Shown here: one piece after another, positions 29,371 through 39,762 of the stretch
Numbering within the stretch: the stretch's first letter is position 1
Layout: each line of letters begins with the position of its first letter
The notes under the pieces: generated by a model
Told to the model about the DNA's origin: nothing
Database searches by the model: none
What the model saw: only the letters and a program-made list of their open reading frames with translations
Source of the DNA: Marispirochaeta sp.
Lineage (GTDB): Bacteria; Spirochaetota; Spirochaetia; JC444; Marispirochaetaceae
Reading direction: 5' to 3'
DNA: 64,000 nt
Assembly (NCBI GenBank): GCA_963676835.2
Contig: CAXXFF010000002.1
Span: forward strand, 352,001 to 416,000
Position numbers and translations under genes: made by a program

Positions 29371-29957
29371 TCCGGGCCGCCAGAGTCCTCTGCAATCTGC
29401 TGTTTTTCCTGCCCGCTGTTTCTCTGCTGGCAGGAGCCTGCAGCCTGGACTACCAGGAGCTCGCTGAAGATCTGGACGAAAACACCCCGGCAGTTGAAAT
29501 GATGGGGGTCCGTCTGGTGAGCGTGGAAAACGGCAGAGAGCACTCCAGGGTGGAAGCCGAAAGGATTGCGGACTTTGACAAACTCTACAAGAGAACCATA
29601 GAGGGCGGAAAATTCACCGAGTACGATGAGCCGGGAGATATAAGCGCTGAAGGAGAGGCGGTTCTGATAACCATCGACACCAGGACCGACAATGCGGTTC
29701 TTGAAGGACATATCCGCTTCAATTCAGTCCGCGACAAGGCAACGGTCAGTGCAGAATACCTGGAATGGAACGACAGTGACCGCCTTCTCTCCGGAAATCC
29801 CGCCGGAGAGGTTCTGCTGGAGAAAGAAGACGGTACAACTATCCGGGGCACCGGCTTCAGCGCCGATTTTCCTTCCCGGATCTTCCGCTTTGCAGGCAGA
29901 GCCTCCGGTATATGGAAGGGGAGCGATAAAAGCGATACAGAAGCAGGTCTTCCCTGA
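29367..29957 (+). CDS. lptC: LPS export periplasmic protein LptC
   Basis: GTG overlaps the pyrG stop; lipobox-like LAGAC; beta-rich (LEWN, IRGTGFSAD); sits before lptAB. Confidence 0.75.
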   Translation: MIRAARVLCNLLFFLPAVSLLAGACSLDYQELAEDLDENTPAVEMMGVRLVSVENGREHSRVEAERIADFDKLYKRTIEGGKFTEYDEPGDISAEGEAVLITIDTRTDNAVLEGHIRFNSVRDKATVSAEYLEWNDSDRLLSGNPAGEVLLEKEDGTTIRGTGFSADFPSRIFRFAGRASGIWKGSDKSDTEAGLP

Positions 29958-30652
29958 TGAAAACCGGACTCCTGAATTTGTGCGCCCTTCTATTCTGTAT
30001 ATCAGCCGCATACTCTATCTTCGGCGAGAGCCAGCTTACCTTCTCTGCGGATTCAACCGTCGCCCGCTTTGCAGCCGGAAAGGAAGAGACCGATCTCATC
30101 GGCAACGCCAGGGTTGAGACCGATGAAATTGATATCTCCGCCGATCAGATAGAACTTTTCGGCGAAGATTTCCGCTACCTCCGCTGCAGCGGTTCGGTTG
30201 AACTGAATCACAAGACACGGGACTTTCTCATCTCCTCCTCCCAGCTGTTTGTAGACAGAGATGAGGAGATTTCCCGGATAACCGGCTACGCAGAGATGCA
30301 GGACGGCGCCAACGGGCTGCTGATCCGTGGCGGCTTTTTTGAAGACCGGGGCGGCGAAGAGGGGATCACCCTCATACAGATGGGTGTACGAATAATGAAA
30401 ATCGCCGACGGAGAGGTTATGATCTGCCGCTCCGAGTTCGCCCGCTATTTCCGGGACCGGAAAATTCTGGAACTCTCCGGGCTTCCCCGGGTAGACTGGA
30501 AGGGAGATGTTTACCAGGCATCCCGAATCCTCATAGACCTTGAAACAGATGAAATACGGCTGGAAGGCCAGGTAACCGGAACCGTTGAAACTGAAGAATC
30601 TCCCCAGGCGGCCGGGAATAGCCAAAACAGCGATGGACTGGATGCGGAATGA
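29957..30652 (+). CDS. lptA: LptA/OstA family protein
   Basis: Signal peptide; FSAD, L.GNA.V, ISADQI, LELSGLPRV; sits between lptC and lptB. Confidence 0.8.
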   Translation: MKTGLLNLCALLFCISAAYSIFGESQLTFSADSTVARFAAGKEETDLIGNARVETDEIDISADQIELFGEDFRYLRCSGSVELNHKTRDFLISSSQLFVDRDEEISRITGYAEMQDGANGLLIRGGFFEDRGGEEGITLIQMGVRIMKIADGEVMICRSEFARYFRDRKILELSGLPRVDWKGDVYQASRILIDLETDEIRLEGQVTGTVETEESPQAAGNSQNSDGLDAE

Positions 30653-31374
30653 GTGAACTCTTTGTAGAAGGCCTGAAAAAAAGCTTCGGCAAAAAGACTG
30701 CGGTACGTGATGTAAGTTTCTCGATGAAGAATGGCGAGATTGTCGGACTGCTTGGCCCCAACGGTGCCGGAAAAACCACGGTATTCTATATGATCGTTGG
30801 CTTCATAAAAGCCGGAGGCGGATCAATCCGCATGGATTCTGAGGAGATCACCAGAATGCCCATGTACCAGAGAGCCCGCCGCGGCATTACCTACCTCCCT
30901 CAGGAAGCTTCGGTTTTCCGCAAACTTTCCGTGGAAGACAACATAAGGGCGGTACTCGAAACACGGCAGGATCTTTCCCGGGAGCAGAAAAAGGAGACCC
31001 TGGAGTCGCTGCTGGAAGAACTGGGCATCGCCCATGTTCGGACCCAGAAAGGCTACACCCTCTCAGGCGGAGAACGGCGCAGAACGGAAATTGCACGCAG
31101 CCTGGCCTCATCTCCCCGGTTTCTCCTTTTGGATGAACCCTTTGCCGGCATAGACCCCATTGCGGTTCATGAAATAAAACGTATAGTCCAAGCACTTTCA
31201 GCCAAGGGAATCGGCATCCTGATTACCGACCATAACGTCAGGGATACCCTGGAGATAACCGACCGCTCATATATTATCAACATGGGTGAGATTCTGGTCT
31301 CAGGCGGAAAAACCGAAATACTCGAGTCTGAGACAGCCCGCGAAATCTATCTTGGTGCCGAATTCCGGATGTAA
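30649..31374 (+). CDS. lptB: LPS export ABC ATPase LptB
   Basis: GPNGAGKTT, YLPQEASVFRKL, LSGGERRR, DEPFAGIDP, ITDHNVRDTL. Confidence 0.96.
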   Translation: MSELFVEGLKKSFGKKTAVRDVSFSMKNGEIVGLLGPNGAGKTTVFYMIVGFIKAGGGSIRMDSEEITRMPMYQRARRGITYLPQEASVFRKLSVEDNIRAVLETRQDLSREQKKETLESLLEELGIAHVRTQKGYTLSGGERRRTEIARSLASSPRFLLLDEPFAGIDPIAVHEIKRIVQALSAKGIGILITDHNVRDTLEITDRSYIINMGEILVSGGKTEILESETAREIYLGAEFRM

Positions 31375-31392
31375 ACCCGGAAGCAGAATCAA

Positions 31393-31421
31393 TTGACAAA
31401 AGGGCCCGGCACGCCTAGTAT
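31393..31421 (+). promoter_or_regulatory. rpoN promoter
   Basis: TTGACA-17-TAGTAT. Confidence 0.65.
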
Positions 31422-31451
31422 TAATCATAGCAGCTCCCTGGAGGATCTCAG

Positions 31452-32822
31452 GTGCAGTACCAGAAGCCTGTATTAGTTCAGCAGCAGAAGCTCAAAATGA
31501 GCCCTCAGCTTTATCAGTCCATACAACTCATGGCCCTTCCGATACAGGATCTGCGCCTGAAAATACGGGAAGAACTTGAGCGGAATCCCGCCCTGGAAAT
31601 AGTCTCGGAAAAGCAGGCTCTTTCCATCGACGAAAGTAAAGGCAGCGGCGAAGACTACGATGCATTTGAAAACTCTTCCGACCCGGGCTACAGTTCCAGT
31701 TTTGACAGGGATGCCAGCGACCGTAAACAGAAATTTCTGGAAGGCGCCCTCTCCCGGTCGGAATCCCTGCAGGACCATCTGCTCTGGCAGTGGCGGCTGC
31801 AGCCCCTTGATGACGATCTGTTTAAACTGGGAGAACTTCTTATCCAGAACCTTGATCAGGACGGCTTTCATCAGGAAAAACCGGAATCGTTCCTGAAGCC
31901 GGAACAGGCCCTCCGCCTTTCCGAGGCTGCAAACCTGATTCAGGCCCTTGAACCCGTGGGAACCTGTACCGCAGACTACAAGGAGAGCCTGATCGTCCAG
32001 GCCCGTCTCTCCGGCACAGCTCCGGACAAGATCGAGGAGGTTATAAACCGCCACCTTGAACTCCTGGAACGCGGCCGGCTCCAGGAAGTTGCCCGCAAAA
32101 TGCAGATCGGCCTGGAAGATGTAGAGGATATCCTCCTGTTCCTGAAAACCCTGAACCCCTTTCCCGGCAGGGCCTATTCATCGGATGAATCCCGTTTTGT
32201 AATCCCCGATGTCATGGTTGCCATGATCGACGGGGAATATCAGCCTATCCTCAACGATGAAGAGGTCCCGATTTTGGGGGTCAACGATTTTTATACTCAG
32301 CTGCTGCGGGAAAACCAGGTTCAGGATCAGAAATCTGTCCGTCATTTTGTAAAAGACCATGTTAAAGATGCTCAGTGGTTCATCCGCTCGGTTAATCAGC
32401 GGAACCAGACCCTGCTGCGGATATCCCGGGCCATTGTTGAGTTCCAGCGGGATTTTTTCCGCAGGGGACCTAAATACCTCAAGCCCCTGACCCTCAAGGA
32501 CATTGCACAGGAAGTGGATGTTCATGAGACAACAGTTTCCCGAATCGCAAATTCTAAGTATATTCAAACTGAATGGGGTATCTTTGAACTTAAGTTTTTC
32601 TTTACCAATTCAATCTCCGGAGCAGGCTCCGGGGGATCACAATTCTCAAAAGAGGGGGTTAAACACAGAATAAGGGAAATTATCGATGAATACGGCGGAG
32701 AGAAGAAGCTTTCCGACCAGAAAATCGCAGATATCCTCGCTGAGCGGGGTATCAAGATCGCACGGAGGACCGTTGCCAAGTACCGGAAGGAGCTGGACAT
32801 ACTCTCTTCCTACGATCGATAA
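31452..32822 (+). CDS. rpoN: RNA polymerase sigma-54 factor
   Basis: Gln-rich region I, NPALE, HETTVSR, RpoN box ARRTVAKYR. Confidence 0.97.
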   Translation: MQYQKPVLVQQQKLKMSPQLYQSIQLMALPIQDLRLKIREELERNPALEIVSEKQALSIDESKGSGEDYDAFENSSDPGYSSSFDRDASDRKQKFLEGALSRSESLQDHLLWQWRLQPLDDDLFKLGELLIQNLDQDGFHQEKPESFLKPEQALRLSEAANLIQALEPVGTCTADYKESLIVQARLSGTAPDKIEEVINRHLELLERGRLQEVARKMQIGLEDVEDILLFLKTLNPFPGRAYSSDESRFVIPDVMVAMIDGEYQPILNDEEVPILGVNDFYTQLLRENQVQDQKSVRHFVKDHVKDAQWFIRSVNQRNQTLLRISRAIVEFQRDFFRRGPKYLKPLTLKDIAQEVDVHETTVSRIANSKYIQTEWGIFELKFFFTNSISGAGSGGSQFSKEGVKHRIREIIDEYGGEKKLSDQKIADILAERGIKIARRTVAKYRKELDILSSYDR

Positions 32823-32848
32823 ATCAACCTTTTTAAGGGAGGACCTTT

Positions 32849-33142
32849 ATGCACTTTGAACTCAAAGGCGTCCACTACCATGTAAGCGACAACACCACCG
32901 AATACATCGAGAAAAAGATGCAACGGCTGGAATCAGTCAAGGACAAACTGGAAACACTTCACTTTACCATTACCAAAGAGAAGAACCAGTTCAAAGTAGA
33001 GGTCAATTTCCATTTCGCCTGGGGCTCACCGTCCCATATAAAAGTGGAAACCCATGATCTGTGGCCCGGAATCGACCAGGTATTCGACAAGCTGGTTGTA
33101 AAAGTGAAAAAGGAAAAGGAGAAAATTGTCTCTCACCATTAA
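32849..33142 (+). CDS. hpf: Ribosome hibernation promoting factor (HPF/RaiA)
   Basis: Follows rpoN; 97 aa; EYIEKK..RL, DL...ID..DKL. Confidence 0.85.
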   Translation: MHFELKGVHYHVSDNTTEYIEKKMQRLESVKDKLETLHFTITKEKNQFKVEVNFHFAWGSPSHIKVETHDLWPGIDQVFDKLVVKVKKEKEKIVSHH

Positions 33143-33163
33143 TCAGAGACAGCATACCTACCT

Positions 33164-34147
33164 ATGGAGAAGTTTACCGTTCTGGATCTGCTTGATCTGG
33201 ACCTTAAGGAGCAGAATGATCTCAACCTTGTCTGCATCGGCGGAAGGCCGGGGCTGGAGAATGAGATCAGTGTGCCCGATATAAACCGGCCCGGTCTTGC
33301 CCTGAGCGGATTCTTCGACAGCTTCGGCGGAGAGCGACTTCAGCTCTTCGGCCGGGGCGAATATGCCTATCTGCAGAAACTTGAGGAAGAGAATAACTGG
33401 TCCACCATAGAGGAGTTCTTTACTCACTCCGTTCCCTGCTGCATATTCTCACATTCCCTGCAGCCCAATGAGCGCTTCATAGAGATTGCCTCCGATGCAG
33501 GCTGCCCTGTACTGCAGTCGAATCTTAACTCCAGCGAGTTCGCCATCCGGCTGTTCCGGGCTCTGGGAAATATATTTGCCCCTACACGGACCATCCATGG
33601 TGTTCTGGTTGAAGTATTCGGCATCGGTGTTCTCATTACCGGGGATTCCGGGGTGGGAAAAAGCGAAACCGCCCTTGAGCTTATTGAACGGGGGCATCGG
33701 CTCATTACCGATGAATCTGTGGAGCTTAAATGTGTAAGCGGCAGTATCGTCCAGGGATCATCGGCCAACAGTGTTGCCGGGCACCATATGGAAATCCGCG
33801 GACTGGGTATTATTAATATATCCCATCTCTTCGGTGTCGGTGCAATCCGGGACAAAAAACAGGTCCAGCTCATTGTAGATCTTGAAGAATGGGATGCAAC
33901 AAAGGTTTACGACCGCCTCGGAACCGGCGATAATGTAACAGAGATTCTGGGAGTAAAAATCCCGACTGTAACGGTGCCGGTCAAACCGGGAAGAAACATA
34001 CCGATTCTCATTGAAACAGCGGCAATGAATGAAAGGTTAAAGAAAATGGGCTATTTTTCAGCCCGTGAGTTTAACCAGAATATTTTGAAATGGCTGGAGA
34101 GCGAAAATGCCCGCTCCCTCTATTTTCAGCAGAAAGACATCTTTTAG
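33164..34147 (+). CDS. hprK: HPr(Ser) kinase/phosphatase
   Basis: INRPGLALSG, HGVLVEVFGIGVLITGDSGVGKSETALEL, EIRGLGII, PVKPGRN. Confidence 0.97.
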   Translation: MEKFTVLDLLDLDLKEQNDLNLVCIGGRPGLENEISVPDINRPGLALSGFFDSFGGERLQLFGRGEYAYLQKLEEENNWSTIEEFFTHSVPCCIFSHSLQPNERFIEIASDAGCPVLQSNLNSSEFAIRLFRALGNIFAPTRTIHGVLVEVFGIGVLITGDSGVGKSETALELIERGHRLITDESVELKCVSGSIVQGSSANSVAGHHMEIRGLGIINISHLFGVGAIRDKKQVQLIVDLEEWDATKVYDRLGTGDNVTEILGVKIPTVTVPVKPGRNIPILIETAAMNERLKKMGYFSAREFNQNILKWLESENARSLYFQQKDIF

Positions 34148-34156
34148 GAAGTAACC

Positions 34157-34423
34157 ATGGTTTCCAAAGAGGTAACGATCAAGAACCGGGCAGGGATTCA
34201 CGCCCGCCCGGCGGCAATGATCGTACAGACAGCAAACGAGTATGATGCCCAGATTTATCTGGAGAAGGAAAACAACCGCATTAACAGCAAGTCCATTATG
34301 GGTATAATTACCCTGGGCGCTTCGTACAACACCAGACTGCAGGTTGTAGCCGAAGGTGAGGACGAAGAGGAGGCTGTAGACGCTATAGTCAAACTCTTTG
34401 AAAACAGGTTTGAAGAAGAGTAG
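34157..34423 (+). CDS. ptsH: Phosphocarrier HPr
   Basis: GIHARPA (His15), NSKSIMG (Ser46). Confidence 0.96.
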   Translation: MVSKEVTIKNRAGIHARPAAMIVQTANEYDAQIYLEKENNRINSKSIMGIITLGASYNTRLQVVAEGEDEEEAVDAIVKLFENRFEEE

Positions 34424-34946
34424 ATATCTCATTATTCTTCTTTTTGCCCTGGTGCCGGCATTGTACGGAGAAAACAGCGGGGAAAGCTTCGACATACAGA
34501 TCGTTACAGGTGGGACAAATTCAGATTACAGCTGTAACATTACCGGCCTGGATAATGAACGTATTCTCAGCGGCCTCGATGGCGGAGATACAATTCGCAT
34601 CCGGCTGTGGGTAAAAGAGTGGACAGAATCCGGAAAAGGCTGGAAAAAAGAGAGTATCCAGTCCATCTATACTGTCCATGCATCATGGAATGTTATCGAT
34701 AAAATGTATGTAATTGAAAAAGAGAACAGCAGAGAATATTATCTGCACAAGGACGCTTTCCTGGAAAACCTGCTTACCTTTTCTTCTGTTCCCGTTAAGG
34801 GTTACCCCCTGACAGCACAGATACGCATGCGGGCGGACATTCTCTGGCAGGTACTGCCGCCGCCTTTGAATATACTCAGCCCTCTTCTGCCAAAGCTGCG
34901 CAGCTCTATTCCCTGGACAACCGTGTTTCCGGAGGAAGGCCCATAA
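34398..34946 (+). CDS. Hypothetical exported protein preceding the NtrY-like kinase
   Basis: Signal-like N-terminus; stop overlaps the kinase ATG (TAATG); start uncertain. Confidence 0.65.
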   Translation: MKTGLKKSRYLIILLFALVPALYGENSGESFDIQIVTGGTNSDYSCNITGLDNERILSGLDGGDTIRIRLWVKEWTESGKGWKKESIQSIYTVHASWNVIDKMYVIEKENSREYYLHKDAFLENLLTFSSVPVKGYPLTAQIRMRADILWQVLPPPLNILSPLLPKLRSSIPWTTVFPEEGP

Positions 34947-36703
34947 TGAGACATAGAGAACCCCGCAGCAGACTCAACAGCCTCATTGTCTTTACCCTTC
35001 TCTATTTTCTGCTGACGATCCTGGTGCTTTTCTTTGCCCGGCAGATACTGATGGATGTATCCACAGGCACCCAGCTGGGAAATGCGGTAATCATTCCTCT
35101 TGGAATAGTCCTTCCCGCCTTTTTGCTGGGATCGGTGCTGATACAGGCCCTGCGGCTGCTGCAGGATAAAAAGCATAACCGGCCGGGAAGCCGGTTCAAA
35201 CTGAAACTGGTCATATTCTTTGCGGTGATTACCCTCTTTGCATCCCTGCCGCAGATGCTTTTGTCTCTCTCTTTTATCGATACCGCCATGCAGACCTGGT
35301 TCTCTTCAGACATGGAGCAGGCCATGTCCGGCGGCATAGAAATTGCCCTGGCATATAACAGTGAGCGGGTAAGCACCCTTACCTCACTGGCGGAGAGCTC
35401 CCTCCTGAGGGACCTGCTGAGAAAGTCACAGCCGGAAACAGTCTGGCAGGCTTTATCAGAGATGAACCCCACCCTGGACGGCATGCAGTTTTTTGACAGC
35501 CAGGGAAAAAGCATGCGCTTTTTTGGAGACCCCCTCCTCAGCCTTGATGCTCCACCGAAAATGATTGCTGAGAATGGGATTGTGCCCAAGGAGTTCCTGG
35601 AAACCGTTACCATCCAGCGGGTAGTCCACCGCTACCGCAGCGACTCCGGAGCAGTATATCAACTGGTGTTTTCCAGCCGTTACATTGAAGACTTCGGAGC
35701 CTACGCCGAGAATCTCACCCGAAGCCGCAATACCTTCCGGCAGTACGCGGAATACAAACCCCTTTTCCGCCTGGTGATGGTCTTTTTCTTCGCCTTCTTC
35801 TCTTTCCCCGTCTTTCTGCTGGCAATCCTGATAAGCTTTCAGCTGAGTAACGAGCTGATCCGGCCGGTGGTTTCCCTGGAAGAGGCAACCCGGAAAGCCA
35901 TGCAGGGAGACTTCTCCTACCGCATTCTCGGACGCTCCCGGGATGAACTGTCGAACCTGACAGCCTCCTTCAACCGGATGATGTCGGAACTGGAAAACTC
36001 ACGACGGACCACCCTGCAGACAGAGAAGGTTACCGCCTGGCAGGAGATAGCCCAGAGACTCGCCCATGAGATCCGCAACCCCCTGACGCCGATCAAGCTG
36101 TCGGCCCAGCGTATCCTCCGGCGCTTTCAGAATGATCCGGCCAGCATCGAAGAGGTCCTGGAGCCTTCGGTACAGGCAATCGTCCGTGAAGTGGAGAACC
36201 TCGATCTGCTGCTTACCGAATTCCGCTCCTTTGCCCGGCTTCCCCGGCCTTCACGCGCCCCGGTACGGCTCCTTCCCCTGTTAAAGGATATTGCCGACGG
36301 CTTTATTACCGGCTATCCGGAGGTTGATTTCAACTTCTCCTCCTTTGACCCGGAAGTGGAACTCCCCCTGGACCGGGAGCAGATCAGCCGGGTTTTTACC
36401 AATTTATTCAAGAATTCCATAGAAGCCATGGAGAGTGCCGGTCGCATCTCCATACGCAACGACCTTGTACGAAAGGGCAATACAAGCTATTGTAGGATCC
36501 AGGTAGAGGACAACGGCTGCGGGATCCCGGAAGATTCCCAGCGGGAGGTTTTCAACCCCTACTACACCTCTAAAAGTGACGGCACAGGACTTGGTCTTCC
36601 CATTGTTGAGCGAATCATCTTCGATCATCAGGGGCAGATCTGGTTTGAATCCGCTCAGGGTCTGGGAACGACCTTCTTTATCGATCTGCCGCTGAATTTG
36701 TAA
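34946..36703 (+). CDS. NtrY-like membrane sensor histidine kinase (HAMP-HisKA-HATPase)
   Basis: AWQEIAQRLAHEIRNPLTPIKLSAQR (NtrY-type H box), N box, DNGCG, GTGLGL. Confidence 0.9.
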   Translation: MRHREPRSRLNSLIVFTLLYFLLTILVLFFARQILMDVSTGTQLGNAVIIPLGIVLPAFLLGSVLIQALRLLQDKKHNRPGSRFKLKLVIFFAVITLFASLPQMLLSLSFIDTAMQTWFSSDMEQAMSGGIEIALAYNSERVSTLTSLAESSLLRDLLRKSQPETVWQALSEMNPTLDGMQFFDSQGKSMRFFGDPLLSLDAPPKMIAENGIVPKEFLETVTIQRVVHRYRSDSGAVYQLVFSSRYIEDFGAYAENLTRSRNTFRQYAEYKPLFRLVMVFFFAFFSFPVFLLAILISFQLSNELIRPVVSLEEATRKAMQGDFSYRILGRSRDELSNLTASFNRMMSELENSRRTTLQTEKVTAWQEIAQRLAHEIRNPLTPIKLSAQRILRRFQNDPASIEEVLEPSVQAIVREVENLDLLLTEFRSFARLPRPSRAPVRLLPLLKDIADGFITGYPEVDFNFSSFDPEVELPLDREQISRVFTNLFKNSIEAMESAGRISIRNDLVRKGNTSYCRIQVEDNGCGIPEDSQREVFNPYYTSKSDGTGLGLPIVERIIFDHQGQIWFESAQGLGTTFFIDLPLNL

Positions 36704-36715
36704 CTGGAGCACGCA

Positions 36716-38080
36716 ATGAGCCTGATACTGGTAATCGACGACGAACCTGGAATCAGAACGGTTCTCAATGACATACTCACCGACGAAGGCTACCAGGTCC
36801 TCACCGCCGAAGACGGAATTGAAGGCCTGGCGCTGCTGAATGAGAATCCCGTTGATCTGGTTATCCTCGATGTGTGGCTTCCCCAGATGGGGGGCATTGA
36901 TGTACTCAAGCAGATCAAAGAAAAACATCCCACCCTCGAGGTTGTGATGATTTCAGGCCATGCCAATGTTGATATTGCCGTAAAGGCAGTCAAACTCGGG
37001 GCCTTCGACTTTATAGAGAAGCCCCTTTCTCTGGATAAAATTCTGACAATCTGCCGCAATGCCCTGAGCCTTGAAGAGCTGCGCAGGGAAAACCGGGACC
37101 TCAAACGTTCACTGTTTATTGAAGATGAGATGATCGGGAGCACCTCTGCAATGGACCGTATCCGGAGCCTCATAGCTCAGAGTGCCGATTCTGATGCGAA
37201 GGTTCTGATCCTCGGAGAAAACGGTACAGGAAAAGAGCTGGTTGCCCGTGAAATTCACCGCCGGAGCAGCCGTGCCGCCCAGCCCTTTATAGAAATCAAC
37301 TGTGCCGCCATTCCGGATACCCTTATTGAGAGTGAGCTCTTCGGCCATGAAAAAGGAGCTTTTACCAGCGCAGTATCCCGCAGAAAGGGCAAGTTTGAAA
37401 CGGCCCATATGGGCACGCTCTTTCTGGATGAAATTGCGGATATGTCCCTCAGTGCACAGGCAAAAGTCCTGCGGGCAATACAGGAGCAGCAGTTTCAGCG
37501 CCTTGGAGGAGAAGAGCTGATTCAGGTGGATGTCCGGCTTCTGGCGGCAACCAACAAAGATCTTCAGCAGGAAATCAGGGCCGGCCGCTTCCGGGAGGAT
37601 CTCTATTTCCGGCTGAATGTTGTACCCATTACCGTACCGGCTCTGCGTGAGCGGACTGACGACCTGCCCCTGCTTATCAATTACTTTCTGCAGAAGTTTG
37701 CAGCTCCGGAGACAGAAAGCAGGAGAAGCTTCAGCCCGGATGCCCTGAAGGAGCTGTCCAGATACAGCTGGCCCGGGAACATAAGGGAATTGAAAAATTT
37801 TGTCGAGCGAATTACCATAATGAGCGACGAGGACAGTATTTCCGCGGAAACTGCGGTATACTTCCTTGGAGACAGGGCTCCCGAAACAGTGGACACACAA
37901 TTCGCCGACTATATGGATCTTCAGCTGAATGAGGCCAGGGAACTCTTTGAAAAACGATTTCTGGAAACAAAACTGCAGGAATGGGGTTACAATATTACCC
38001 AGGCGGCGGCAAATCTTGGAGTCTATCCAAGCAATTTGCATAACAAGATCAAAAAATTCGGAATAGAGATCAGAAAATGA
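36716..38080 (+). CDS. NtrX/NtrC-like sigma54-interacting response regulator (REC-AAA-HTH)
   Basis: DDE, LDVWLP, GENGTGKE, ESELFGHEKGAFTSA, FLDEI, FREDLYFRL, WPGNIREL. Confidence 0.93.
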   Translation: MSLILVIDDEPGIRTVLNDILTDEGYQVLTAEDGIEGLALLNENPVDLVILDVWLPQMGGIDVLKQIKEKHPTLEVVMISGHANVDIAVKAVKLGAFDFIEKPLSLDKILTICRNALSLEELRRENRDLKRSLFIEDEMIGSTSAMDRIRSLIAQSADSDAKVLILGENGTGKELVAREIHRRSSRAAQPFIEINCAAIPDTLIESELFGHEKGAFTSAVSRRKGKFETAHMGTLFLDEIADMSLSAQAKVLRAIQEQQFQRLGGEELIQVDVRLLAATNKDLQQEIRAGRFREDLYFRLNVVPITVPALRERTDDLPLLINYFLQKFAAPETESRRSFSPDALKELSRYSWPGNIRELKNFVERITIMSDEDSISAETAVYFLGDRAPETVDTQFADYMDLQLNEARELFEKRFLETKLQEWGYNITQAAANLGVYPSNLHNKIKKFGIEIRK

Positions 38081-38682
38081 AAAAACTGACGAATCGACAG
38101 ACAGAAGTTCTCGGGTTTCTCCGCGATTATTTTTCAGATCATCACTATCCTCCCACCATCAGGGAAATTGCCTCATTCTTCTCAATCTCGGTGAAAGGTG
38201 CCTACGACCACGTTAAAGCTCTGGAAAAGAAGGGACACATCCGCTCAGGTTCAAGCAAAAGCAGAGCCATAGAAATTATTGCCGACACGGAAAACCGCGA
38301 GGAGATCCTGGAAATACCGATACTGGGCAATGTGGCGGCAGGACTGCCCCTGTTTGCCGAGGAAAACCATGAGGGAAACGTGCGTATCCCGGCCAGCCAG
38401 CTTTCCCGGGGAGAACATTTTGCCCTGATGGTAAAGGGAGACAGCATGCAGGATGCGGGTATTCTTGATGGGGACACCGCTGTGTTCCTCAAAACCGAGG
38501 CTGCCGCCAACGGCGATATAATTGTTGCCCGGGTTAACGATGAGGCAGTTACCCTGAAGCGCTTCTACCGGGAAAAAAACAGGGTTAAGCTGAAGGCGGA
38601 AAACCCCGTATATCCTCCCATCTACACCCAGAATGTACGTATTCTGGGCAAGCTCCAGTATCTGCTGCGTAATTATGAGTAA
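38077..38682 (+). CDS. lexA: SOS repressor LexA
   Basis: LT.RQ..L, YPPTIREI, cleavage site VAAG, catalytic GDSM and VTLK. Confidence 0.95.
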   Translation: MKKLTNRQTEVLGFLRDYFSDHHYPPTIREIASFFSISVKGAYDHVKALEKKGHIRSGSSKSRAIEIIADTENREEILEIPILGNVAAGLPLFAEENHEGNVRIPASQLSRGEHFALMVKGDSMQDAGILDGDTAVFLKTEAAANGDIIVARVNDEAVTLKRFYREKNRVKLKAENPVYPPIYTQNVRILGKLQYLLRNYE

Positions 38683-39676
38683 AAATGCCTATCTGCTGCT
38701 GGGACCGGAAGCGGGAGAGAAGAACCGTTTTGTTACCGGCCTCAGAGAACGTCTTGAAAAGCAAGCCGGCGGAGAACTTGAAACCTCAAGCTACTACCCC
38801 TATGAAACCTCCATGGCCGAAGTGGTCTCCAGCATGCTGAACGGATCGCTCTTTTCCAGTGAAAAACTGGTCAGAATAGGCAACGTGGAAGACCTGAAAA
38901 AAGACGGCATCGATGCTCTGACTGAATACCTGAAAAGCCCGGCAGACGGCGTAACCCTGCTGCTGCTTTCAGATGAAATTAAAGTTTCCGAGCGTATACA
39001 GAAACTCATTCCCAAGGAGAACCGTAAAATTTTCTGGGAACTCTTTGATAATCAGAAACAGGGCTGGATCAACTCCTTTTTCCGCGACCAGGGCATGTCT
39101 ATTCACCCCGACGGACTGGAGCTGCTCCTTGATCTGGTGGATAACAATACAGTTGACCTGAAAGAGGCCTGTCAGCGGCTGGCCCAGGATTTCGCCTCCG
39201 CCGGAGACGGGTATCAGATAAGCCCGGAAGATGTTGAAGCCAGGGTTCTCCACAGCAAGGAAGAGAATGTATTTACCCTGTTTGCCAAGGTTTCAGAAGG
39301 GGATCTCCCCGGCTCCCTGGATATCTGCACCAAGCTGATACAATCCGGTTCCGGACAATCGGTACAGATTCTCGGCGGTCTTATATGGCAGTTTCGCCGT
39401 CTCCATGCCCTGAGACTCATGCTGGACAGTAACTTCAGCAGCACAGATGCCCTCTCCCGGGCGGGAATACGGGGAAAGAGAAACGGACAGATTTACCTCA
39501 AGGGTTGTGAAATCTATACCTCAGAAGATCTCGGCAGGATACTGGGTCTGCAGGCACGCTATGACGGACTGCTGCGCAGCACCCCGGCAGATGCCCATCA
39601 CCACCTGTTAAGCATGTTTCTCTACTATGCAGCTGTTCGCAAAGGGCTGGAGGAAGAACCGGTCACCTGCTGCTGA
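38675..39676 (+). CDS. holA: DNA polymerase III delta subunit
   Basis: YLLLGPE, SLFS, E.NVFTL, ILGGLIWQFRRL; ATG overlaps the lexA end. Confidence 0.85.
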   Translation: MSKNAYLLLGPEAGEKNRFVTGLRERLEKQAGGELETSSYYPYETSMAEVVSSMLNGSLFSSEKLVRIGNVEDLKKDGIDALTEYLKSPADGVTLLLLSDEIKVSERIQKLIPKENRKIFWELFDNQKQGWINSFFRDQGMSIHPDGLELLLDLVDNNTVDLKEACQRLAQDFASAGDGYQISPEDVEARVLHSKEENVFTLFAKVSEGDLPGSLDICTKLIQSGSGQSVQILGGLIWQFRRLHALRLMLDSNFSSTDALSRAGIRGKRNGQIYLKGCEIYTSEDLGRILGLQARYDGLLRSTPADAHHHLLSMFLYYAAVRKGLEEEPVTCC

Positions 39677-39762
39677 CCGGTTGCCGCTCCTCCATGCACC
39701 ATTGTTTCCAGATCTTCTAAAAAAGATGCAGGCAAAGGGTAAGCAAAAGAGTTAATGAGGTG

